62,223 bases of DNA, filler included, from 7 parts of 7 records of this genome joined end to end with filler, not necessarily neighbours in it, one strand, 5' to 3'. Shown: positions 28,254 through 37,797, counted from the first letter of the whole stretch. Translations and numbers: made by a program. Notes: generated by a model from the sequence alone, not told the origin.

Positions 28254-29540
28254 ATGTCAAGTACTGCTGAGATTAAAGTTGACGGTAAAACATTAGAACT
28301 ACCGGTAATTGAGGGCACCGAAAATGAGAAAGCCATAGATATTTCTTCTCTAAGAGGAGAAAGTGGCGTAATCACTATCGACCCAGGATTTAAAAATACA
28401 GGTTCAACCAAAAGCGCTATCACTTTCCTTGATGGTGAAAAAGGAATTCTACGTTACAGAGGTTACTCAATTGAAGAGTTGGCTGAGAAGTCTACCTTCC
28501 TTGAAGTTTCATACCTTCTGATTTACGGAGAACTCCCGACCCCAGAACAGTATAAAGATTTCACCAAAACCATCACCAATCACACATTGGCGCATGAAGA
28601 CATCAAGAAGATTCTAGAAGGGTTTCCTTCAACTGCGCACCCAATGGGCGTATTATCTTCTTTGGTTTGTGCTCAAACAGCCTTCTACCCTGCCTCTTTA
28701 GACCCTAACAGGGCGGCTCCGGAAGTGGACATGAGTATCATTCGTTTGCTTGCCAAAATGCCAACTTTTGCGGCTTGGTCATACAAAAACCAAATCGGGC
28801 ATCCAGTAAACTATCCAGACAATAGTTTAAACTACTGTAGCAACTTCCTTAAGATGATGTTTTCTAACCCAGCAGAAGCTTATGAGGTTGATCCTGTAGT
28901 TGCGAATGCCTTAGATAAATTATTAATCTTACATGCTGATCACGAACAAAACTGTTCTACTTCAACAGTAAGAATGGTAGGTTCGTCTCATGCGAGTTTG
29001 TATGCTTCCATTTCAGGTGGAATCAATGCCCTTTGGGGACCGTTACATGGTGGTGCTAACCAAGCGGTAATCGAAATGCTTGAAAGCATCAAAAAAGATG
29101 GTGGAGACACTAAAAAGTGGATGGCGAAAGCTAAAGACAAAAACGATCCATTCCGTTTGATGGGCTTCGGACACAGGGTTTATAAAAACTTTGATCCAAG
29201 AGCAAGAATCATCAAAAAAGCAGCTGACGATGTTTTAGCAAAATTAGGAGTAAACGATCCTATTTTAGAGATCGCCAAAGGTTTGGAAGAAGAAGCTTTG
29301 AACGATCCTTACTTCGTAGAAAGAAAACTATATCCAAATGTTGATTTCTACTCGGGTATTATTTATAGAGCTTTGGGTATTCCTACTGACATGTTTACCG
29401 TTATGTTTGCCATGGGTAGACTACCAGGCTGGATTGCACAATGGAAAGAAATGCGTGAGAACAAAGAACCTATCGGAAGGCCAAGACAAGTATACACTGG
29501 TTACAACGAAAGGGTTTACGCCCCTATAGACAAAAGATAA
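28254..29540 (+). CDS. gltA: Citrate synthase
   Basis: LHADHEQNCSTS, GPLHGGAN, MGFGHRVY and PNVDFYSG motifs. Confidence 0.97.
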   Translation: MSSTAEIKVDGKTLELPVIEGTENEKAIDISSLRGESGVITIDPGFKNTGSTKSAITFLDGEKGILRYRGYSIEELAEKSTFLEVSYLLIYGELPTPEQYKDFTKTITNHTLAHEDIKKILEGFPSTAHPMGVLSSLVCAQTAFYPASLDPNRAAPEVDMSIIRLLAKMPTFAAWSYKNQIGHPVNYPDNSLNYCSNFLKMMFSNPAEAYEVDPVVANALDKLLILHADHEQNCSTSTVRMVGSSHASLYASISGGINALWGPLHGGANQAVIEMLESIKKDGGDTKKWMAKAKDKNDPFRLMGFGHRVYKNFDPRARIIKKAADDVLAKLGVNDPILEIAKGLEEEALNDPYFVERKLYPNVDFYSGIIYRALGIPTDMFTVMFAMGRLPGWIAQWKEMRENKEPIGRPRQVYTGYNERVYAPIDKR

Positions 29541-29562
29541 TTGAGTTTTTACTCATTATTTT

Positions 29563-29596
29563 AAAAGGAGCTTATTTTACGATAAGCTCCTTTTTT
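29563..29596 (+). terminator. Terminator after gltA
   Basis: AAAAGGAGCTTAT-loop-ATAAGCTCCTTTTTT. Confidence 0.85.
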
Positions 29597-29749
29597 ATTG
29601 GTATGAACGCCAAAACACCGATTAAACTAGCCAGAATATTAATCATACTAAAACTGTGTTTACTAATTTATAGTTTTGATATTCAACTGATTTACAGTAT
29701 ATTATACTTCTATTTGATAAATATTCAAAATCACTAAATTAGAAACTAT

Positions 29750-30208
29750 ATGAATTTCCAAGGAGTAAAAGCACCAGAGGTACCCAAAGGCGTTCAGCAA
29801 TACCGCCCAGTTACCGATTACATGACCCACGAGGTTATTTCATTCAGCCCTGAACAAAGCATAGCAGAGGCTATGGATATCTTTTTAGACAAGCACATTT
29901 CAGGCGCACCCGTCATTGATGAGAAAGGAAAAATTATTGGAATACTTTCAGAGATTGATTGTATGAGAATTATGGTAGACGAAGCTTACCACAACCTTCA
30001 CCACGGGAAAATTACTGTTGCAGAATACATGAGCAATAACGTTGCTACAGTATCAGTTGACATGGATGTATTGGACTGCGCCCAAAAGTTCTTAAGAACG
30101 CATTATAGAAGGTTTCCCGTAGTAGATGTGAACGGTAGAATCAAAGGCCAAGTAAGCAGAAGAGACATTCTTCAAGCCACAAGAGACTTAAAAACTTCTT
30201 CTTGGTAG
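29750..30208 (+). CDS. CBS-domain pair protein
   Basis: ISGAPVID...GILSE.D and RRFPVVD...GQVSRRDIL motifs. Confidence 0.9.
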   Translation: MNFQGVKAPEVPKGVQQYRPVTDYMTHEVISFSPEQSIAEAMDIFLDKHISGAPVIDEKGKIIGILSEIDCMRIMVDEAYHNLHHGKITVAEYMSNNVATVSVDMDVLDCAQKFLRTHYRRFPVVDVNGRIKGQVSRRDILQATRDLKTSSW

Positions 30209-30211
30209 AAA

Positions 30212-30496
30212 CTATAACACATCCTGCCATTTCTCATGACGCTGTAGCGTAGCCTTTGCAAAAGGACATAGCGGAATGATTTTGACTTTATTTTTACGTG
30301 CATACTCCACGGCATGCTCAACTAACTTTAGCCCCATACCTGTACCCCTGAGTGTGTCGCTTACTTCTGTATGGTCAATAATAATTTTGTCTAAACCCGC
30401 TTTCGAGAAAGTCATTTCTGCCAAACGCTCTCCCTCCTGTTCAAAATAAAAACTTCCCTTATTATCTGTTTCTTGTTCCTGAATAGTGGCTACCAT
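30212..30496 (-). CDS. GNAT-like acetyltransferase (YjdJ-like)
   Basis: IIDHTEV, LRGTGMG and IIPLCPFA motifs. Confidence 0.9.
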   Translation of the reverse strand: MVATIQEQETDNKGSFYFEQEGERLAEMTFSKAGLDKIIIDHTEVSDTLRGTGMGLKLVEHAVEYARKNKVKIIPLCPFAKATLQRHEKWQDVL

Positions 30497-30900
30497 GATT
30501 CCCCTTTAAATTTACAGTACCAAGTTAAGAAACAAGAAGGTGAAATATAAATCACAGCCCATAATTGAAAAAAATAAAGCCCATGTAAATAAGTTACATG
30601 AGCTCCATTTTTTTAGGTTGAGGAAATCCAGAATAACTGAGCCTCTTCAATTATTCTACTTTACAAAGGAGGATAGATAAGAATTTATTAAACTCAGTGA
30701 AACTCACAAATCATTTCTATAAGTATTTTACCTAGATCAAATCAATAAAACCAAAGAGAAAAGACAAAGATTTGATAAGCTAAAGCCCATAGATCACTTC
30801 TAAATCGAAATAAATTTTCATTGTAGAGTTTTTTATCCCACTCAAGACCAAACAGTTGAAGAATATTCGAAAAATTAGTTCGCTTTTTTAGCCTCTGATG

Positions 30901-30931
30901 TTTGTAAATCAAGAACAGTATACTACTTTTG
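30901..30931 (+). promoter_or_regulatory. Bacteroidota housekeeping promoter (-33/-7) of tRNA-Asp
   Basis: TTTG-N19-TACTTTTG. Confidence 0.7.
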
Positions 30932-30970
30932 CATCACCTTAAACGAAAGGGATTACAAAACAAAGATATT

Positions 30971-31005
30971 GGAGCGGTAGTTCAGCTGGTTAGAATGCCT
31001 GCCTG
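30971..31005 (+). tRNA. tRNA-Asp 5' half (truncated at contig end)
   Basis: GGAGCGGTAGTTCAGCTGGTTAGAATGCCTGCCTG is the typical tRNA-Asp(GTC) start; anticodon cut off. Confidence 0.82.
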
Positions 31006-31105
31006 NNNNNNNNNNNNNNNNNNNNNNNNNNNNNNNNNNNNNNNNNNNNTTAATTAATTAANNNNNNNNNNNNNNNNNNNNNNNNNNNNNNNNNNNNNNN
31101 NNNNN
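31006..31105. other. Artificial contig linker
   Basis: N44-TTAATTAATTAA-N44. Confidence 0.98.
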
Positions 31106-31341
31106 CCGAACTGAAAACTCATGGTGATGCCCGACACCACCCCCAGGGCAAAACTGAGGGCAAAAATCTTCACCCAGAAAAAATAGGCATATTCCCAGGC
31201 CTTGTCACCGGAGAAGGTGTAGCGCAAACGAAAATAGAACAGCACCCAGCACAGGCCGATGGTGATAGTGGGAAACAGGATATGAAAGCTGATATTGGCG
31301 GCGAACTGCAGCCGGGCCAACAGGAACGGATCAAATTCCAC
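31106..31341 (-). CDS. cydA: Cytochrome bd oxidase subunit I, N-terminal part (truncated)
   Basis: LARLQFA..ISFHILFP and FALGVVSGITMSFQF motifs. Confidence 0.92.
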
Positions 31342-31631
31342 CGGGGCGACTCCTTCCTTTCGTCCAGTGACGAAGTTTCATTCCTCCAGACAGTAGCACA
31401 GGGGGATGCAGGGTAAATGAGACAAAAGGTCCATGCAGGGCGCCACCGCACGTGAAGAAGACGACAAGAACCAACAGGTGTTAACACTTTGTATACACCC
31501 GCAACATTTCCCCGTCCTGTCCACAACACGTTATGCACAGCATCCACCGGGTTTAGCCAACAAAATGCACTTCATGAAACTGGCAATCCGTTTTGGTCAT
31601 GCCAGCAAGTTCACTTTCTGGAGAGCACACC

Positions 31632-32645
31632 ATGAAAACAAGAATGGGGCTGGTAGCCCTGGCCACCGCAGCCATATTGTCCCTGAGCGGCAATGCCATG
31701 GCACTGACCAAGCGAACCTTTTGCGTCTTCGACATCATCGGCGCCAATGGTGACACCTTTAACATCATGCGCGACTACAAGACTGCCGCTGTCGAGTGGG
31801 GCGTGGATGTAGAGCTGAAGCCCTACACCGATGAAAAAATTGCCTCTGAAGACCTGAAAGCCGGGCAATGTGATGCCGCCGTGCTAACCGGTATTCGTGG
31901 GCGTCAGTTCAACAGCTACACCGGCAGCATGGATTCCATTGGCGCCATCCCCAGCTACGATGCCATGAGAACAGTGATTGCGGTGATTGCCAGCAACAGC
32001 CCCAGCGTCAACCAGCATCTGGTTTCCGGCCCCTATGAAGTGGGCGGGGTTGCCCCGCTCGGCGCGGCCTTCCTGTTCCTGAAAGACAAGGAAATCGACA
32101 CCGTTGAAGAACTGGCGGGCAAATCCATCGCGGTACTGGAATATGACAGCGCCCAGGCCAGCATGGCGTCCCGGGTCGGCATGTCGCCGGTCATGTCCGA
32201 TATCACCAACTTCTCCACTCGTTTCAACAACGGTTCCGTGGATATCTGCTTTGCTCCGGTAATGGGTTACTCCGCGCTGGAACTGTACAAGGGCATGGCT
32301 CCGGATGGCGGTATCCTTGACTACGTACTGGGCCAGCTGAGCGCTCAGGTCATTCTTAAAAAGGATAAATTCCCGGAAGACTATGGCCAGAAATCCCGAG
32401 CCTTCATGTTCAGCCAGTTTGATCGCGCCATGAAGCTGATTGATAACGCCAGCAATGAGATTGCCGACCGCTGGTGGATTCGCATTCCCGAGAAAGACAA
32501 GCTGCGTTATGACGAAATGATGCGCGAAGCCCGCATCGAGCTGACCAAGAAAGGGGTCTACAGCAAAGACATGATGTCCCTGCTGCTCAAGGTTCGCTGC
32601 AAGCAGGATCCCTCACGGGCGGAGTGTGTTAACCCGGTGGAATAA
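31632..32645 (+). CDS. Putative solute-binding protein (DUF6091/AdeT-like, DctP-like fold)
   Basis: Signal peptide, CVFDIIGANGD, YTDEKIASEDLKAGQCDA and C-terminal RC..DP.RAEC. Confidence 0.78.
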   Translation: MKTRMGLVALATAAILSLSGNAMALTKRTFCVFDIIGANGDTFNIMRDYKTAAVEWGVDVELKPYTDEKIASEDLKAGQCDAAVLTGIRGRQFNSYTGSMDSIGAIPSYDAMRTVIAVIASNSPSVNQHLVSGPYEVGGVAPLGAAFLFLKDKEIDTVEELAGKSIAVLEYDSAQASMASRVGMSPVMSDITNFSTRFNNGSVDICFAPVMGYSALELYKGMAPDGGILDYVLGQLSAQVILKKDKFPEDYGQKSRAFMFSQFDRAMKLIDNASNEIADRWWIRIPEKDKLRYDEMMREARIELTKKGVYSKDMMSLLLKVRCKQDPSRAECVNPVE

Positions 32646-32670
32646 CCGGCTTTAAACAGACGACTCCGAT

Positions 32671-32701
32671 AAAACGCCGCCAGCATCCCTGGCGGCGTTT
32701 T
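32671..32701 (+). terminator. Intrinsic terminator
   Basis: AAAACGCCGCCAG-loop-CTGGCGGCGTTTT. Confidence 0.82.
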
Positions 32702-32791
32702 CGTTTCACGCTGGTGCAAACGCCTCACCTTGAGGCCCCATTGCCCTGGCCGAACAGCAATTGAACGCCACCACAAAGCTGGGTAGGTTAT

Positions 32792-32845
32792 TTAAGGAAC
32801 CTCTGTAAAACTCCTTACATGCTCAGTCTTTCAGAGGTTCCTTAA
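32792..32845. mobile_element. Miniature inverted-repeat element or IS footprint flanked by TTAA
   Basis: TTAAGGAACCTCTG ... CAGAGGTTCCTTAA perfect 14-bp inverted repeat, extendable with 2 mismatches. Confidence 0.55.
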
Positions 32846-32893
32846 CGCACCGCCTGTGCGGCGCCCCACTTTCACTCTGAGCTGCAACGAGCC

Positions 32894-34096
32894 ATGGCCC
32901 TGACTTCCGCGGATGTTCGCAACGCCGAACCACTCCAGAAAGACTACAAACTCCATGACGACAAAGGGCTCTACCTGTTGGTAGAAACCGATGGTAACCG
33001 TACCTGGAAACTCAGCTATCGATTCGACGGGCGCAGCAAAGTCATCACCCTGGGGCCCTGCCCGGAAGTCACTCTTGCTTTCGCCCGCCAGCTTCGCGAT
33101 GAAGCCCGGGAACTGATCGCCGACGGCATCGACCCGATCAGCCGTTGTGTAAAGCGGGAAGTGTTCAGCCCTTCGGTGGAAACCTTTGAAGCGGTGGCAC
33201 AGGACTGGTTGGAACGAGTCTACCGATTTGAAGTCTCCGAAGAGCAATTCCGGCGCACCAAGCGGCAAATGGAAAACTACCTGATTGCCAGCATTGGCAA
33301 ACGGGTCGTCAGTGAAGTGACTCCCGAAGACCTGAAATCCCTGGCGGCCGCTCTTGGCGCCGAGGGGCACCTGGACAGGGGCAAGCGTGTTCTGGGCATC
33401 GGCAAGCGAATCTACACCCATGCCCGTGATACCGGCGTGGCCGGCTACCAGCAAACCGGCGCCCTGCGCCGCCGCCTCACCGGCTCCGGCACTGAACCGG
33501 AGTTTTTGCTCAGCACCCGTGAGCAGATTTTCAATCTGGCCAGCGGCGTTCTCGGCCAGTGGAGCCGCACCACCACTACCGCCGCCCTCAAACTCACTGT
33601 GTGGTTGCTGGCCCGCCCCAGCGAGATCGTCAACGCACGCTGGTCCGACATGGACCTGGACGCCGGCGAGTGGCGCATTCACCGCAAAAGCACTGAGAGC
33701 CCGACGGGTAGCAAGGTCCTCACCGTGCCTCTGCCGCGCCAGGCGGTAGAACTGTTGCGGGAAATCGAGCCCATCACTGGCCGCCAGGAGTACATCTTTC
33801 CCGGCACCGGCAATCGCAAAAAACACCTGGCCACCAGCACCCTTTCCGCGGCACTGAAAAAAGTCACACGGACCACGCCGGTTTCCACCGACAACCTGCG
33901 CACCCTGGCCGCCACCGCACTGGGCGAACTGGGCTATCAGGCAGAGCAGATTCAGTCCCAGCTGCTCAACCAGACCGGCGACGAACCGGCCGACCGGCAA
34001 GCCTACCTGGATAAACGCCGGGAGATGCTGCAGGCCTGGGCGGACTATCTGGACAATACCGCCATCGGCAAGGTCACCCGCCCGCGCAGACTCTGA
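32894..34096 (+). CDS. P4-type tyrosine integrase homologue with degenerate active site
   Basis: Arm-binding N-terminus (D.KGLYL.V...G.RTW...YRF, L..AR, GIDP), RPSEI..ARWSD.D and MLQAWADYL; HxxR, His and Tyr motifs altered. Confidence 0.85.
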   Translation: MALTSADVRNAEPLQKDYKLHDDKGLYLLVETDGNRTWKLSYRFDGRSKVITLGPCPEVTLAFARQLRDEARELIADGIDPISRCVKREVFSPSVETFEAVAQDWLERVYRFEVSEEQFRRTKRQMENYLIASIGKRVVSEVTPEDLKSLAAALGAEGHLDRGKRVLGIGKRIYTHARDTGVAGYQQTGALRRRLTGSGTEPEFLLSTREQIFNLASGVLGQWSRTTTTAALKLTVWLLARPSEIVNARWSDMDLDAGEWRIHRKSTESPTGSKVLTVPLPRQAVELLREIEPITGRQEYIFPGTGNRKKHLATSTLSAALKKVTRTTPVSTDNLRTLAATALGELGYQAEQIQSQLLNQTGDEPADRQAYLDKRREMLQAWADYLDNTAIGKVTRPRRL

Positions 34097-34141
34097 TACC
34101 CTGTAGGCAGTCACATTCACTGCCATCTTTCAGGATATTGC

Positions 34142-35596
34142 ATGCCAAGCCCGTTCGGCTTCCGTTTCGACAACACCTACCGCCGGCTTCCGCAGGCTCT
34201 GTTTTCAGAGTGCTCGCCACAGCCGGTCAGCACACCGGCCTTTGCCCTGTTTAACGATGCGCTGGCCCGTGAGCTTGGGCTCGATAGCGAGGCTTTGTCG
34301 ACGCACCCCGAATTTTTCAGTGGCAATGCATTACTGGAGGGCAGCGAGCCCATTGCCCAGGCGTATGCGGGCCACCAGTTTGGCAACCTGACCATGCTCG
34401 GCGATGGCCGCGCCGTACTGCTCGGTGAGCATGTGAGTGACAGCGGGCAACGCCGCGACATCCAGCTTAAAGGCGCCGGGCGCACCCCTTTTTCCCGGGG
34501 TGGCGACGGACGCGCGGCGCTGGGCCCCATGTTGCGCGAATACATAATCAGTGAAGCGCTACACGCCCTGAATATTCCGTCCACTCGCAGCCTGGCCGTC
34601 ACCCTCACCGGTGACCGGGTGCACCGGGACACACTGCTTCCCGGCGCCATCCTGGCCCGGGTGGCAACATCCCATATTCGTGTGGGCACCTTCCAATACG
34701 CCGCCGGACAACAGGATCCCGCCCTGCTGGAACAACTGGTGGATTACACCATCGCGCGTCATTACCCGGAATTGCACGGAGCCGACAACAAGGCACTGGC
34801 CCTGTTCGACGCCGTGATGGATCGTCAGATAGATCTGGTGGTCAACTGGATGCGCGTGGGCTTTATTCACGGCGTACTCAACACCGATAACGTGACCCTG
34901 TCCGGCGAGAGTATCGATTTTGGCCCCTGTGCGTTTATGGACAATTTTGACCCGAACACGGTGTTCAGCTCCATCGATCGCCAGGGGCGTTATGCCTATG
35001 GGAACCAGCCCAGCATCACCCAGTGGAACCTGGGCCGCTTTGCGGAAACCCTGCTCGGCTTGATCGACGAGGACACGGACACCGCCATCGAAAAAGCCAC
35101 CGCCTCGCTGAAGTCATTCAGTCAGCGTTACGAAGAAAAATGGCGCGCCATGATGAACAAGAAACTGGGATTGTTCGCAAGCGAAGCCGGGGACGACAAG
35201 CTGGTTGCCGATTTGCTCACCTGGATGCAGGCACAGAACGCGGACTACACCAATACGTTCCGCGACCTGATCAACGACGGCCTGCCTGACGGGGAGCAAT
35301 ACCAGAATGAAACCTTCCAGCAGTGGCACCAACAGTGGCGGGCGAGACTGGCCCGCAACAGCAAACCCCTGGCGTCATCACTGTGCCTGATGCGTAATCA
35401 CAACCCGGCGGTAATACCGCGCAATCATCTGGTGGAACAGGCATTGAATGCCGCCAGCGACGATAACGATCTGGCGCCAACCCGTGCCTTGTTAGAGGCG
35501 CTCGCCGAGCCTTATGCGGACCGGGACAGTGACGATCCTTATCGGCAACCAGCGGCACCCGGCGAGCAAGTTTTTCAGACCTTTTGCGGCACCTGA
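34142..35596 (+). CDS. selO: Protein adenylyltransferase SelO (YdiU)
   Basis: YAGHQFG, LGDGRA, GFIHGVLNTDN, IDFGP and C-terminal TFCGT motifs. Confidence 0.94.
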   Translation: MPSPFGFRFDNTYRRLPQALFSECSPQPVSTPAFALFNDALARELGLDSEALSTHPEFFSGNALLEGSEPIAQAYAGHQFGNLTMLGDGRAVLLGEHVSDSGQRRDIQLKGAGRTPFSRGGDGRAALGPMLREYIISEALHALNIPSTRSLAVTLTGDRVHRDTLLPGAILARVATSHIRVGTFQYAAGQQDPALLEQLVDYTIARHYPELHGADNKALALFDAVMDRQIDLVVNWMRVGFIHGVLNTDNVTLSGESIDFGPCAFMDNFDPNTVFSSIDRQGRYAYGNQPSITQWNLGRFAETLLGLIDEDTDTAIEKATASLKSFSQRYEEKWRAMMNKKLGLFASEAGDDKLVADLLTWMQAQNADYTNTFRDLINDGLPDGEQYQNETFQQWHQQWRARLARNSKPLASSLCLMRNHNPAVIPRNHLVEQALNAASDDNDLAPTRALLEALAEPYADRDSDDPYRQPAAPGEQVFQTFCGT

Positions 35597-35618
35597 AAGA
35601 GACCGCGTTTTGGCATTC

Positions 35619-35692
35619 TGTCGGATTACGGCTGCGCCTAATTCGACCGATCTGAAGCTCAATGTCGGGTTACGCCGCTACGCGGCTAACAC
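35619..35692. repeat. Two tandem REP-like palindromes; contig breaks within the second
   Basis: TGTCGGATTACGGC-TGC-GCCTAATTCGACC and TGTCGGGTTACGCCGC-TAC-GCGGCTAACAC. Confidence 0.65.
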
Positions 35693-35792
35693 NNNNNNNN
35701 NNNNNNNNNNNNNNNNNNNNNNNNNNNNNNNNNNNNTTAATTAATTAANNNNNNNNNNNNNNNNNNNNNNNNNNNNNNNNNNNNNNNNNNNN
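35693..35792. other. Artificial contig linker
   Basis: N44-TTAATTAATTAA-N44. Confidence 0.98.
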
Positions 35793-35996
35793 GAGTGTCT
35801 AGTTAACTCGGGGCGATTCACATTCGATCTAAAACTGAATCAATATGAAATGATATCTCGAGAGCAAAACCGAGCTTTGGCGTGGCTAATTGATTTGCTC
35901 CAAACTGCACTCCAGATGGATGACAACGACATTTACAGACATCCCGAAGTGTCTTACAAAAAACCTTCGGAAGCTCAATCCGCAAAGTGGCGGTAA
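35793..35996 (+). CDS. C-terminal fragment of a probable N-acetylmuramoyl-L-alanine amidase (not in the ORF track)
   Basis: Open frame reading ...EQNRALAWLIDLL...IYRHPEVSYKKPSEAQSAKWR*. Confidence 0.55.
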   Translation, partial: ECLVNSGRFTFDLKLNQYEMISREQNRALAWLIDLLQTALQMDDNDIYRHPEVSYKKPSEAQSAKWR

Positions 35997-36002
35997 TACA
36001 AA

Positions 36003-36356
36003 ATGTTGCTCAAACGCTTTCTATTCGGACTACTCGTGCTAACTCTGTTTGGCTGCGTTTCCTCACAAGAACCCTTCACGGAAATTCGTATCACCGAACA
36101 GGGTTTTGATCAGGGTGGGGAATTTTGTAAAGACTTTGGTTCCACCACTTTTGAGATAGAGGAATTTTTTGCCAAAGCGCAGGTGAAAACATCGCGTGAA
36201 ATTCACGATGATTTCGACTATTTACCCTGCTACATCAGGGGCTCTGCGATGCACAAGCAAGAAAAAGTAAGCTGGGAAATTCGGGCTGGGGGTACAGCCA
36301 CGCTGACTTACGCAAACGGTTCTCAAATTGAGTTGGGTTGTACCGGCTGCTTTTAA
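36003..36356 (+). CDS. Small Cys-containing lipoprotein, possible immunity protein
   Basis: Lipobox LFGC; starts 6 nt after the amidase-like stop. Confidence 0.65.
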   Translation: MLLKRFLFGLLVLTLFGCVSSQEPFTEIRITEQGFDQGGEFCKDFGSTTFEIEEFFAKAQVKTSREIHDDFDYLPCYIRGSAMHKQEKVSWEIRAGGTATLTYANGSQIELGCTGCF

Positions 36357-36360
36357 AACA

Positions 36361-36669
36361 TCAATGATTTTTTAATGCGTAATACACGGCCAGCGCCCCG
36401 TCTTCTTCAAGGGTGATCATTCGCCGTTCGTCGATTGAAACCACAAATTTTCGTTGTTCCCACTTGCCCTTCCAGTCTGGGTCTTTACATTCCAACATGC
36501 CGGTTTTCAGTTTGGTTTGCGCCTCGCCAAAAGGTGAGAAGCCAAGGCCGGTGTTCTCGAGCGAGAACCGCAAGGGCTTTCCCTCAGGGCTTATGGCTTC
36601 GGGTGGAAGGGTTTCGTTCATGCGAAATAGAACTTTTTCCAGCGGTAATTTCTGACCAACAAAGTACAT
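36361..36669 (-). CDS. Hypothetical protein
   Basis: 102-aa ATG ORF packed downstream of 36691-37320. Confidence 0.5.
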   Translation of the reverse strand: MYFVGQKLPLEKVLFRMNETLPPEAISPEGKPLRFSLENTGLGFSPFGEAQTKLKTGMLECKDPDWKGKWEQRKFVVSIDERRMITLEEDGALAVYYALKNH

Positions 36670-36690
36670 TTGCCGCCGCAGAACATATGC

Positions 36691-37320
36691 TCACTTCGCA
36701 ATATTTTTGATTGCGAAGTGTCGGCCAGCTTCCCAAGTTTTTCTTAGCGCTTGTGGTCCCTCGCAAAGTACGTTTATTATTGCATCTCCAAACAGACCGG
36801 GCACCTTGCCGTCGCTGTATTCATTGATAGACGACTTTTGTGCGGGCGATTTAGAGTATCGAATCAGCGATTCAAAGAGCTCGCTAGGTCCATTGATCGC
36901 ATTGTCTTTCACCATATGCTCGATGTTCAGAATCAAACAATCCTCGAATGATGAGCGCGCGTTCAAGACTATCGCTTCAGTTTCGCCCGAATATCGCCAT
37001 TTTGTCGCTTTCTCCAGTTCATTGACGAACTCCGAAAAAACTTTCTGACTAAAGGCCCACGGAACATCAGTGGTGTTACGATTTGGGACCTCGTCGATAG
37101 CTTCCATATCGGGAAACTCGTCTTTGTGCCAGTAAGCGCCGTAGCCAGCGCAATAGAAGTGAATAAAGTCCCCGCTTCTATGATGCAGGTATCCGAGTCT
37201 TGGTATCACTCCCTCTTTCGCTGGCTTTGAGAACGGTGGTGCGAACAGTAAGCAACAAAGTGCTTCGGGATGGCGCTCCCGGTGCTGAAGAACGTCATTG
37301 AGTGATGGTGCGGGCAGCAT
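36691..37320 (-). CDS. Hypothetical protein
   Basis: 209-aa ATG ORF with AAAGGAG RBS and globular composition. Confidence 0.75.
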   Translation of the reverse strand: MLPAPSLNDVLQHRERHPEALCCLLFAPPFSKPAKEGVIPRLGYLHHRSGDFIHFYCAGYGAYWHKDEFPDMEAIDEVPNRNTTDVPWAFSQKVFSEFVNELEKATKWRYSGETEAIVLNARSSFEDCLILNIEHMVKDNAINGPSELFESLIRYSKSPAQKSSINEYSDGKVPGLFGDAIINVLCEGPQALRKTWEAGRHFAIKNIAK

Positions 37321-37797
37321 GAATGCTCCTTTGAGATACTTAATGTAATTTAAATTTCATATTCCAGTGTTAACTGACAAAGCAACATCTTGTCTCCGCT
37401 CATATCCCGCACCACAGGCACTGAATCCTTGTTCGCCTCTGCGGTCATGCTGCCTATCCAGCCAGTTTAATTGACAAAACTTGTTTCCGCTGTATTCCAC
37501 CTCGATCAGGCGCATCGCGCAAAGTCACCAGCCCGCGCCAAGCATTTGCGAAGCTCGCATTGCCGTCATTCCGCCTTCAAGAAAGCCTGCCTGTTTGAAG
37601 TTCACACGCCGCGTTCGGCTGCAAGCCGACACCGAGATTCGGCCATCTGTTTTGCCGAATTCGGTGAGCCAGTGTGAATTTCAAAAAGGGGGTATTCAGG
37701 CTTTCAGGTGGAGGAGGGCATGTGACTTTGCAAATGCAACTTCGCAAATGCCCTGTACCGCACCGGGCATGCAACTTCTCACATGCCCATCAACGCA

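Noticed and set aside
32831-34126. 431-aa ORF antisense to the integrase homologue
   Set aside because: Mirrors the integrase frame in GC-rich DNA; no independent coding evidence.
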